Assembly (NCBI GenBank): GCA_965644295.1
Contig: CBFFRP010000123.1
Span: 186,001-250,000, forward strand
Source: Paraphysomonas bandaiensis
Taxonomy: Eukaryota > Protista > Chrysophyceae
Direction of reading: 5' to 3'
Length of the DNA: 64,000 nucleotides
Position 1 is the stretch's first letter; each line of letters begins with the position of its first letter. This document shows positions 27,191 to 39,477 of this stretch, piece by piece. The notes beneath the pieces are model-generated. The model did not search any database. It was not told the DNA's origin and saw only the letters and a program-made list of their open reading frames with translations. A program made the position numbers and the translations under genes.

Positions 27191-27659
27191 GCCAATACGA
27201 TAGATAGATACAGCAGCAGTGTATGTGGGCGGGCATATATACATATATAGCGTATTGGTGCTGATCTTGTGTAGTAAACCGTATATTGTACTGTAGTCCT
27301 TTTACCAGTGCATCAGTCGTCAGCAGTGGTTGAAGTACGATTGTTGAGTTGATAGACTCTGCTCGTATATATATAGATATAGATATAGTCCCCTTTTGAC
27401 TCTATAGTCAAACGTCTTTTATCACCACAATATCAGCGCTTCATTCACTCATAGTGATAGTGTTGCGCTGTATTATTAACAGTAACCATAAGCCCTGTGA
27501 TTGACTCTATAGCACTATAGTGGTGTGTCGTGTATATATATATATATAATGTCTATAATTATATATATATGATAAGTTGTGATCATATTTCAATATAGAA
27601 AGGTGTTCACACTCATTAATTACTCTTTCACTTCATATACTGACTCTATCTGGTTCTTC

Positions 27660-28921
27660 ATGTCATTGTCAGCAGTTGACAACGACAGAGAATATAGTAA
27701 CACACAGAGGGGGAGGACAACTAATACACTCAATTTAACCCACCCTGTGTTATCATGTTATTCGAACCAGAGACTTGTTGATATTGTAAAACATAACTTA
27801 CTTGATTCGCCGCACTTGTCGAATTTCGAGAGAAGTTTCATGCGAGGAACTCGCTTGTTTATGGCGACGGGTAACTCGAAGATATTCGACAGCTGGCTGG
27901 CGTCTCTGAAATATTCAGATGGCATAGTCATGAGTCTATGGAAACCAATATCAAGTGAGACCATAGAACTGCGCATGACAAAAATCAAACGTGTGGAAGC
28001 AATAGAATCGGATAATGTTTTGCTGGTGAAGTACCCTGGTTTAAGTAGACTTAAGTTCGAGGCAAAGGACTCGGTTCACCTACAACAGCTGTTAGTGTTA
28101 TTTAATTCCTTTCAAGAAGTCAATCAGGGCTACAGCGACCCTATCATTGGTAAGTCAGTGTACGTGTAAGCTTTGTGGGTAATATATACCATGCTTCTGT
28201 ATCAGCACATAGGAAAGACACAGCCAGTATCTGCAGCATTAGTGACGAAGAAAGTGACTTTGACTCAGAGGACGAAGACACTCCGGTTGTTGTGCCAAGC
28301 TCTCGCTCAACACTATCCCCATCTTTTTCCCTATGGTCTTTCCCACTGACACGATCCCGCTCTTTGTCGCCGATCTCAATATTCCGACGTCGCTCCCTCT
28401 TATCTCCGGATAAGCAAAAGAAAAACGACAAAATGAAGAGTGCTTTGCCTTCACCACCCAGTCTGTGTGAGACCCGCTCCCTGCAGAGCTTACAGCAGTG
28501 TACTAATTCGTGTTCCCGGTCACCTTCTCCAACCCCACTGTCGGAGGGCGTCTGGGAATCCCTTCTCTCGGACCCAGACCAACCTATTCCCACCTCACCA
28601 ACTTCCTGTCCCCCAAATTCACCTTTGAGAACATCGTACTCGAGTAACAATGTAGACTCTGTTATCACTGAGACTAGCAAGTCCCACAGTCTGATACAAC
28701 GCGGCCCAGTTTTGCACAAGATGGATATGAATGGAGGGGGTATCGTCAGGAGAAGAAGTCGATCTGGCAGTACATCCTCTACGATTTCCACCACCTCCAG
28801 CACAAGCAATGTCGTTGAGGAGAACCACGACGCGTGCAGAACTGATGTTATCCATGCTCTCTCCGGGTGTGGGAGTGATTCTGAAGATGATATACGTGAT
28901 GTGATGCCCCCAGCTGGATAA
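27660..28921 (+). CDS. Unknown protein with possible PH-like N-terminal domain and Ser/Pro-rich disordered tail (intron 28150-28205)
   Basis: In-frame GTAAG..CAG join; beta-rich stretch ending LKFEAKDSVHLQQLLVLF resembles the last strand and helix of a PH domain. Confidence 0.7.
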
Positions 28922-29499
28922 GAATAGGCGAGGCTCCTCCATCACTAAGCTTTGACCAGTCCACGGACATTGTTATATTTTGTACGGATACATATGATGT
29001 TTATGTGTAATATTGAATGTTTTTCGAGTTATCGTTAACTTGATTTATATCATTATGGGATTATGTTTAATATTGAAGTAGTTGTGTTGATTATTACGCA
29101 GAAATCATGTATTCCTTATAAAAGTAATTACTTTTCTATATTTGTTGTTTGTGTATATCATGTTTTTGGAACATATAGAGTGTATGACATCAATTCCTAA
29201 ATCGTTGGACCGTATCTGCTCATGGGTCCCATCACTGATACGTTTCCCGTGATAGTCGACAAAAGATTACATAGATATCCCGAAAAGTGAAACCCAATAC
29301 TCTGAAATGATTAGGACACAACAAAATATCTGACGTAGCAAGGTAAGAATGAAAAAAATCAATAATTTAATCGAAGGGTAGTTGACAGTTACGATAAATT
29401 TCTACTGTGAACTACACCATTACAAAAGCATGAAATCATGCCTTGAGCCGTTGAGCCCAATTCTTGACAGCTGAACAGCAGCGTTCATGGGGTTAACGG

Positions 29500-30822
29500 T
29501 TAACGAGGAGGATACCCCCCACCACCAGCTGGACCATCATGAGAATACTTGCATGCGTTACCAAATCTACACTCTCCTTTCTGCCACCCAAAGCAAATAG
29601 CTGCAGGACGTGCCGCGATCACGGGAGGAGCACCAATTCCCCCAGTTGGCGGGATGTCCCGGTCATAATCTCTGTCGGCACCCCTCGGAGCAGGTGGACT
29701 ACGACCATAGCCACTATCAGTTGGAGGGGGGCGGTTGAATCCCCTACCACCTCCATATCCCCTATCTCCTCCATATCCCTTACCTCCTCCATATCCCCTA
29801 TCTCCTCCATATGCCCTGTCACCACCGTAACCTCTATCACCTCCATATCCTCTGCCACCTCCATATCCTCTGTCACCTCCATACCCCCTATCTCCACCAT
29901 ACCCCCTATCTCCACCATATCCCCTATCTCCACCATATCCCCTATCTCCACTATATCCTCCATAACCACGGTCGCCAGCATAACCTCTACCGCCGCCGTA
30001 TCCTCGGCCTCCATCTGGATACTCCCGTCCCCCATAAACGCGATCCCTGCTATATCCTCTCTCTGCACTACGGGTTGGAGCACGGTCATATGTTCTGCTA
30101 TCATACCCCCTGGCATTGTCGTATCCTCTATAAGCATCATAGCCACCTCTCTCTCGCCGACCATCCCTTTCATATCCCGGACCACTGTATCCCCTGCTCT
30201 CTCCATCAAACTCGCGTCCTCCCCTTGGTACACGAGAGGCTTGACCTTTTGGCGTACACCTGTCCACACGAATATTTCGCCCGTGCAGACAGAACTCTTG
30301 CATATCAGTCAGAGCAATTTCAGCACACTGAGGATCCTCGAACGTCACAAAACCAAAACCACGTGGTCTACCAGTAACACGATCTGGGATAATTCTTGCA
30401 CTAATTACAGTGCCACATCTAGCAAAAGCGTCCATCAAATCCTTTTCAGTCGTCTATGAAATAAGTGTCAAAATGGATAGTCATACGTAAACAACAATTG
30501 ACGAGTTGGAAGTAACACAACTGCGAGACTCAAATTTAACTAATTGATAACACCGTCATGAACCCACTTATAATGTATAACCAACAGACACACAATATGT
30601 TGAGCATGTATCTTGCCTCGTAACTGATATTTCCAATAAAGAGTTTTCCAGCTTCATCATCTATAGGCTTATCTAATAGGCAACTCCGTTCAATACACAC
30701 AATAGTCAACTCTCCTTGATAATCTTACCAGAACCCCATTCAGGTGCAGGGGCAGGTGCAGGGGCACGTAGAGGAGACCTGCTTCTACTTCGAACAGCAT
30801 GCATTCTATCAGTCTCAGCCAT
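29500..30822 (-). CDS. Glycine-rich RNA-binding protein: RRM, (GGDRGY)n repeats, C-terminal CCCH zinc finger (3 exons)
   Basis: RNP2 KLFIGNI, RNP1 [27 protein letters not shown]. Confidence 0.92.
29740..29960 (-). repeat. 18 bp coding tandem repeat (GGDRGY)
   Basis: Seen directly. Confidence 0.9.
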
Positions 30823-31462
30823 ATTATATACTGTTATAGTCTTAACTCCAATCAATTGATTTATGTTATGTTAATGCAATGATAATGCAACCTGTTTAAC
30901 ACTGAATGTTCAATTGAGCAACTGATATGACTATCAGAATTGTTACCAATACAATCTGTGGCAAAGCTCTCTGCATGCACCTCTACATATAACCATATGA
31001 GATGTACCATATACAGCACTACACGTATATAGAAGGTATGCTGTATATGCACACATACATTCATGCATGTATACATCCGTAGTACTATATATCATGAAAG
31101 GTCACAACTTTCAGTTTTTCATTATTCCGATATTCTTACCAATATGTTGGAATACGATAATTAAAATTATGGATTTTTATACGAAAAAGTTACGAATTTT
31201 CGAACGGTTTTGTATCCAGTATGCTGTTTTTGACAGGAATTTTCAGGGCGAATTTTTACAGCAGTATGTCGTACAAGAGTATGTCCATGTAACTCTCCTC
31301 TGTGTACAGAGCAGAGGAGGGTGTATGTACACTACGACTGTCTGTATATATATGACCATATCAACAATATTTAAAGAGTCTATATGTATATACAGTATAT
31401 AATAAACACAATCAAATCATCTCTATCAAATTCATTCATTCATCCTTATATCTTTCTATTCA

Positions 31463-34400
31463 ATGGATTCTGATATCCATCAATCATATTCCAAACATTT
31501 TAATGAAAATTATAAACTATCAAAGAAGTTAATTGATAGACTTGTTGAGAAATCAATAACGAGTTCATTTGATGAAGAATTTAATAAAGAAAAGATTAAA
31601 TTACCTCATCCTGTTGTACAGGAAATTAAACAACAGAAAGTTAAGAAACTTTTATCTAAGCCCTCATCTTTGTCCAGACAACCTACACAGGTATCTGAAG
31701 TGGATAAGTTGGTACATTCGCCCCGTCTTCCTTTAGACTATTTGCAGCCATCTATGGATGAGTCGATATTGAAGTTGCAATGGACTGATGATGATGATGA
31801 GGAATCTAATGAGAGTCAATGTCCTGTCCATTACAATGGCACTGAACTTCTTCCAGAATATAAGCATTTAAAAGCAAAAGCAATTGAATGCAAGGGTTCA
31901 ATTGATTTATCTCATTTAAACTTTGGAAATCATCGTATAGCTATACTAACCGAAAAACTTACACCATCTGAGAATGAAATGTTGAGTTTGTGTCTGAGGT
32001 AACTCGTGTTCATTGGTGACTGTACAATTTAGCCGCATGCGTTTAATTTTATACAATAAGAACAGGGACAACCGGCTAACCGATGCCGGTATATGCGAAC
32101 TTGTGAGAAACCTGGAGAGCTCATCTCACAAAAGTTTAACTTCCCTCGACTTGTCATACAACAAGGCATACACTCAAGTTTCATAATAAGTTCCGCATCA
32201 TAACTTTTGCTTTCAGATGGGTAGAAAAGGGGCCAAGGCGTTAGCTAGCTACGTACATGGCCTTAAGTCGCTGATGAGGTATCGGGTTCTCACATTACTG
32301 TTATGTTGAATATGATGTGCGTTGTTAGACTTAACATTTCAAGTATGGGCATGGGTGATGGCAATATCCGTGTTTTTTTCAATACGCTCACGAAACATGC
32401 CGTTGACGGACATATGGGACTAGATGAAATTAATGACATCAATGGGTCAATAGGTTCTGTGGAGGACTCCTCTTTAGTAGATACAATGACCCGCCTGGAT
32501 GACTCGGACATTGAGCTTGATCTCCCAGCGCTTCGCTCTTTACGATTATCTCACAACAAAGTGGAAGCCACTGGTGCACGGGCTCTGGCGAGGTTTTTAA
32601 AAACCAGTGGAAGCGGATTAGCGGAGGTAGAGTAGATAGCAGCTGTAGTTAATGTAATTTGCATATTTCATTGTAGCTGGATATATCATGGAACGAGATG
32701 CGTAGTGAAGGGGCCAAGTATATATGGGAAGCATTAGAACATCATGACAGTCTTACATCGCTAGATATCTCTTGGAATTCTCTTGGGAGCGGAACGACGA
32801 AGGTTCCTGTGCATACTGCGTCCAGCCCTACTAAGATAACTGTGCAAGAGGAGGGATCTCTACTAAACGGACGTAATTTTCAGATTGGAACAAGTAATGG
32901 CAGGTATTAAGTATAACAATCTTTCTTTTAAGTGTAATTGTGTCAACAGTAAAGATTTTTCAGCTGCGACTTCCCTAAAGGATATACTTCAAGCCAATCA
33001 GACTTTACTTCATCTCAACATATCCCACAATAGCTTTTCCGCAGATGAATGTGCTGTTATAGGTGCTCCACGAATTTTGAAAACTCTGTATTAATTTGTA
33101 TTTTTTAGGAGAGGGGCTATCAATGAATCACACTCTTCTCGGGTTACATATAACGGGTAGTATGCTCACATATAACGTTCGTATGATATTTACCGTGCTT
33201 GCTATGTAGGAAACAGTGGTCGAATTGACAACTATGGTTCTCTCGCCCCTGATCCTGAGCCATGGCCGCTTCAAGCAGCTCATAAATCTGAACAGATTAT
33301 CAAAGACTTGGTAGAGTGCTCTTTGCTGGATTTATACGTTCTTATATGTGGCGTAGGAAATCAGGAAGCACATACCACCTACTCACTCTGCTAAACTCTG
33401 CCAGGACTCGGTTAGTCGGAATTGCTGTTGGATATGTGAGTCTTGGCAGGAGGTGGAATTCGCCTACCAACTCAGTGAGGAGGACATGGTCATGTTGAAA
33501 CGGGTACTAGAAGATGGTGAACGATCGGTGCATGTCTCAAAACTTGCACGAGAAAAGGAGAAAATTTCCCGTGCATTGTAAGGTCTAACATATTGCCAAT
33601 TTGTTACTTATTTCCTGCTTTAGTCCAGTTCACCTATTTACCAGCTTTGATCAGTGGAAACCTGAAAGAATGTTGTTGCGGGAACCGAAAGAAAGAGACG
33701 AAGAGGACAACGACAAGCTCCATTGCACTTTAAAGGTTTGTATTTAATACATATACGTATCGAATTTGAATGTTTGCAGAGGGCTACGACTGAGGTTCGT
33801 AATGTCGAACCGCGGAAGCCCCTGATGCCGGCACCAACAGCTATATCTCGTCGGCCGTCATTTAGGCGCCAAAATAGTTCGAAAAAGTCTGAAAATCCCC
33901 GCATGAGTGCGTATAATAAACCTATCATTCGAAGGCGGGTATCTGGAGATATTCCTGAAGATAAGCCGAAGACACCGCCACCAACTATGCCTGGAAGGAA
34001 AGCTCCACCTATGATTCAAACCGCACTCTCCCAGTCATTTGCCTACGATAGCAGTGATGATGAAGATGAGGACTGTGATAGGCGGCGGGGATTCGAAAAT
34101 GCTAAGTACATGCTCCAGTCCTTTGAATCCGGCCACTGGAGCATGATGGGCGGATTCCACTATGATGACGAATCAGGTGAGATAATGCTGTCATGGTAGC
34201 TGTAGGTAAGTACATATAGGTTCCGAGGAAGATGAGTTTGCAGCATCTCTTCTACAGCACCCCTCTACTGGTATGATGCAGGCACTGACCCCGGGCAGAG
34301 GTGTTTTGGTACAGGGGAGAGATGCTAGAAAATTTAGTTTCCAACCGAGAGAAGATATCGGAATAATTGATGAAAAGAGTGACAGGCCAGTATACAGTTT

Positions 34401-36883
34401 GCGACGTATGGTGCCTCCAGGCCGGTATGTGACTCATAATGGTTATTGCTTAAAGTATTAACGATCTCTCTCTGAAGACATGCATATGTTTTTGCGGTTG
34501 GCTTTCCTCCAGAAAGTGCGGATAAGCCATTCTTGGTGCATGACCCGTTGCAGCCACACAATCGAACCACTGCTGCTCTCTCAGCCGAGGTGTGTATGGA
34601 TCAACACTGTACTTGTTCTCCCACTTACTTCACAATAGGTTATTGAGTTAGCTCGTTTGTCGGGGGCACTTTTACCTCCCATTGTGAATACTATTTTCAT
34701 GTTCCCGGTAAAAGATGTATACTTCAGTAGTGTTCATTTTTGATATACTAGCAATTAGAACCAGTCACTTGAACAGGCGAGGCGGAATCTATGCATTCCA
34801 GAAGCTTTGACACTTGCCAAGTCCTTATCATACTCTAGGGTACGTAATGAGCATGTAACGATGCAGGAATGCTGATTATTCTTCGCAGAGTGCCAAACCC
34901 CGTGTAGTCAACACCGCAACGTTGACTGCAAGACAAAAAGTCTGGCATAAGAGCGATGGTATATTGTATAAGCAGTACATAATGCACGATAAAAAGTACG
35001 CACATAAGACTACAAAGTGAACACTAACTGATTCGTGACTATAGACACCAAGGCGAAAACTTTCATACAGATTGGCGCTATTGCAAGGTATAAGTCCATT
35101 TATGTCCATGCTTTTTTGAGTAATGTATTATTTTCTGTTAACAGTCTGCTCGAATATTTTCGAAAGACCAACAGGAACTTAAGAGTATACGCGATTCGAT
35201 TTGGGAAGCATATTCACTTATTATGGTATATTTGACATCGACCGTTTATTCGCTTCGTCAATAATACTCCACACAGGAGGTGTTCACGTATTATAGTGCA
35301 GTGTATCCGATTGACGCTAATGGCCTGGGAGGAATGGCGTTCAATGAAATTGTTTTGCATTGTTACATTCTGGATCCTGTGTATAATATATACTCGGAAA
35401 CAGAAAATGTAAACACAGAAGGACAATTTGTGCCATTGTTTTCCACTCCAACAAGTAAGGGCGAGAATTCCAAGCCTGAGTTTCCAACCTCACCTAGATC
35501 ACAACCTGAGTATGTCTATTTGTGTAGTATCTTTACGAGTTTCATTTCAAAATGCGGTAACAGGGAGCATGCCAACGATTCTACACACACACAACCTAAT
35601 TCACCCAAGAAACTGGAAATGAAGTCTGGGCAAGACAAAGTGGTTGCCTCTAATCCAAGGTATAAAAAGCTTCCTGAATAGTAGATGTGATTGATTTGTG
35701 GCCTGTACGAAGGGGAACCAAATTGATGTGCTCTCCGCGTGCCAGTTTTCTTTTAAAACAATTATCGTCACTTCACATTTCGAATAGTGAGACAGAGTCG
35801 TTTATGGATCGCATTGAAGAAGAAAGTGAGGGTGAAAGTGAAATGGATGTGCCTCAAATTTCCCTGGACGGTGACAAACTCTCGAAACGCTTGAAGGCTA
35901 GGGCACCGCGAGTAACTGACGGTGCTGTCAGCAGAGCGGATGTGGATATGATATTCATTGCTAATTGTATTACTGGTATTTGGATTTCATGCTGGTATAA
36001 ATATGTTAAAACTCTCTCCGTAGGCCCCAAAGTAGAGGCAAATAGTAAGAGAACATTGACACGCTTTCAATTTCTAGATGTAATCATCGCACTGGCATGG
36101 TAAGTTTTATTTTATCATATATGGCTTGTTGACTAATTCCGAACGAATTTTAGTGTTAAATTTGTTCAATCTAATATTTCTCCTACTGTTGCTGAAGCGA
36201 TTGCAAAATTTTCTCGGGAAGTATTGGGACAGTATGCTCACCGAGAACGAGACGATATATTTATGAAGTAAGAATATTAGTTGCTATTTTCATGTAATAA
36301 GGATGTCGGCAGCTCTATCATGGGAACTAAGATCATCGATGATGCCGTCAGAGCGCACTGGAAAGATATAGAAAAGGTACATCAACTACGCATATACTGC
36401 GTATCGTGTCATTTCTTGATTTAGATATTTCGTTGTTTTTCGAGTGGCGTCGAGAGTGCCACGATTACTCAAAAGGTTTTCCCGCTATCATCATGGCTGT
36501 ATCTTACTCAGCAGCCGGGAATTGAACTTGGTACTTATCTACTTATTACGGACGTTTCCAACTTTGACGTATGATGTAGGTGAACGGGCCGCGAGGGTGG
36601 CCTTCGCTTATTCTAAAACAATGTATGCGATGGATGTTCTAGATGCTAAATATGATGCGAAAAACGTAAGTATGCACACTTTCTGTTTCTGCCTGACATT
36701 TCTGTTAAGTTATTTTTATTGGAGTTCGCGGAGGCATTGGTTAGATGTGCATTTTCGAAGCGAAGAGATATTCTCGAGAATGAGCCTGATGACGCTGGTG
36801 GTGGGCTTTCACCCACAGCTGTGGCGGAACAGTTAGTGGAAATTATTAAGAGCATGAAGGCAGTCGTTTCCGCGAAAAAGTGA
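31463..36883 (+). CDS. Large RI-type leucine-rich-repeat protein (NLRC3/LRRC74-like LRRs), many exons
   Basis: LTSLDLSYN, LRSLRLSHNKV, LTSLDISWNSLG, LLHLNISHNSF, NHTLLGLH; many ~50 bp introns; exon structure only partly resolved. Confidence 0.8.
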
Positions 36884-37219
36884 TAAGATTTTTATCTGTT
36901 ATCATTTGTATATGCCATATATATTTGCTTTATATGGATATTTTAGCTGTTTGTCAAGTAATTGCTGTTTTTGAAAATTTCGTATTAATGTGTCGTCTTA
37001 TATTTGACGCGTTATAGTGGTAGTATTGACAATGTGAATATTTCATGTACTATAATATATTATAATAAATACAAGCTGTAAACAAATTATAACTAACATG
37101 AAATTTTTACAAACACTGGGAAATTTCTAAATCGGTGCAATGAAGTAGTAAGTACGAGTACACCAGGGATAGGGAACAATATAATCCTAGAGAGAAGATA
37201 TATAGCAATAGTAGTGTAG

Positions 37220-37366
37220 CTGTGAATGTCTGATTATTAGCAATAGGCGTGTAAAGATCAGGCATTCTCAACAATAGCAATTTAAGTAACTAGCACATAA
37301 CTCTGATATCCTACTATTTAGCACTACTAAAGCTGCTTGTGCATCGCCGCAACAACCAAGGTGCAA
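37220..37366 (-). mobile_element. Family A 3' fragment (inverted)
   Basis: AAGCTGCTTGTGCATCGCCGCAACAACCAAGGTGCAA core and TTAGCAATAGGCGT tail. Confidence 0.7.
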
Positions 37367-37611
37367 TAGTATTGTAAGGTAGTGTCCCATCAATAATATT
37401 GCAATATTTCTCAGGCAGACCTACAATAATATTGCAGTGCGTTGTGGCCTGGGAGTACCAGACTTCCGTAACAAAATGAACTGGCAATTAATTGGCTAGA
37501 GGTCTCGAAAAATAGTAATAGCATTATTTACCAATCAAGCATCTAACAAGTAGTAATAAGTTGCCTTCAATATAATATCTTTCTAGATGCAAATTGTATG
37601 GCAGAAACATC

Positions 37612-38425
37612 TGTTGAGTTCTGCTGTTGGAGCAATTAAAATCTGTATTCTAAGGTATTGGAATTATGACCGTTAGTCGATGAATACAGTAGTGTTTAAC
37701 AGTATTATGAAAACTAACAACATGATGTCTACTGTAGTAATAAAACTGAATATATATATTGATCATACAAGATAGTGACGATGCAAGATCATACGAGAAA
37801 TGAATGGTCGTAGAGATTACATGAAATTGATGAATGAGAAGCGATATTGATTATAATTTTATAATAAGATTCATGAGTGAATACTCGTCCAGTTAACTTT
37901 GTAAATCATTAATTGTGTTATAACTTGACATGGTAGCGAGTGATAGTTGGAAACAACTGCTGAAGTTTGACCATTGGAATGTAGTCTGGACAGAGAAGCA
38001 GGAGCCCATACGACTTGTAGGGCTGGAGGAACGATCAGTCGTGATACTGCTGTGTACAGTACGAAACATACAGTGTATATATAGAAAATAAAATCAGTAC
38101 TATTTACAAAAGACGGGGGTTTTGAGGCGAATTTAAATTTACTGTAGTATACAGTTGTAATCTTGTTAATCGTATTGTGAGAATGAATGGTGATAAGTAT
38201 ATAGCGGTAAAACGGAATATAGTGACGATGCAAGTTGTAGTGACGACGTAAGATCGTCGTGGTACGAGAAATGAGTGGTAGTAGAGACAACATGAAATGG
38301 ATGAATGATAAGAGATATTGATTATAATTTATAATTCTCAGCATTGAGTGTAAGTTACCTTCTGTTGTTAAGTTAATACTTCTCATATAATGTCAAACCT
38401 TGATATGGTAGCGGATGGTAGTTGA
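37612..38425 (+). mobile_element. TRIM-like non-autonomous LTR element: LTR(37612-37930)-PBS-short internal-PPT-LTR(38120-38405)-PBS
   Basis: TGTTGAG...TTGACA followed directly by TGGTAGCGAG; AAAAGACGGGGG precedes the second LTR; second PBS TGGTAGCGGA at 38406. Confidence 0.7.
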
Positions 38426-38963
38426 CTAGTGTGCCCACCCTGGGTGAGGTAAACCTTTTCCATGATGAACGCTTAGTCTGTAGCCTATTGGATTTAGTTA
38501 AATCCCATATTTTTGGTGTTTTGCGCATGTGCGAAATTTTGTTCTGATTATGTTAATGATGCGCACATATAACTCTCTGTTGATTTAGAAGCCAATTCCT
38601 TTCATTGTTATTAACTTGATTATTAACTAGAAGCTGTCGTCATCAATTCCAATATTTTAAACACATTATCAACATTTTTGCAGCATTAATACATTCATTT
38701 ATTTAATACACAGAATATATACATCATCATGGCTATGCTTGTATTATTATAGACATAAAAGTAAACAAGGTAGAGCGATCACTGCATCACCACAAGAGGG
38801 GGGATTACCGATGGTCACCATGAATGGTGTCAGTAATATTATCAAAAACACTATCAGGCATGGCTTCAGATGACACACGACGGCAGCAATAACAGTATAA
38901 TTGACATCAGATGCATCAGGACGAGAGGCACCACTACTATTGGCGACAATATAATTCAGAATG

Positions 38964-39326
38964 ATACATACATACATGCATACATACATACATACATACA
39001 TACATACATACATACATACATACATACATACATACATACATACATACATACATACATACATACATACATACATACATACATACATACATACATACATACA
39101 TACATTCATACATACATGTACATACATACATACATACATACATACATACATACATACATACATACATACATACATACATACATACATACATACATACATA
39201 CATACATGCATACATACATACATACATACATACATACATACATACATACATACATACATACATACATACATACATACATACATACATACATACATACATA
39301 CATACATACATACATACATACATACA
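38964..39326 (+). repeat. (CATA)n microsatellite, ~90 units
   Basis: Seen directly, with a few interrupted units. Confidence 0.98.
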
Positions 39327-39477
39327 CACATGTACATATCGTATCAGGTTGCTTCCAGGACATTTTTAGGACATAATTCGTGTGTATACCATGGCATGGT
39401 ATATATATACAAACAGCAATCACAATATCATCTCAATCACATCTATCTACATATACACAACCAAACTACATATACAT

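Noticed and set aside
29539-30459. 306-aa antisense ORF and other overlapping frames over the glycine-rich gene
   Set aside because: Stop-free frames are an expected by-product of the 18 bp coding repeat
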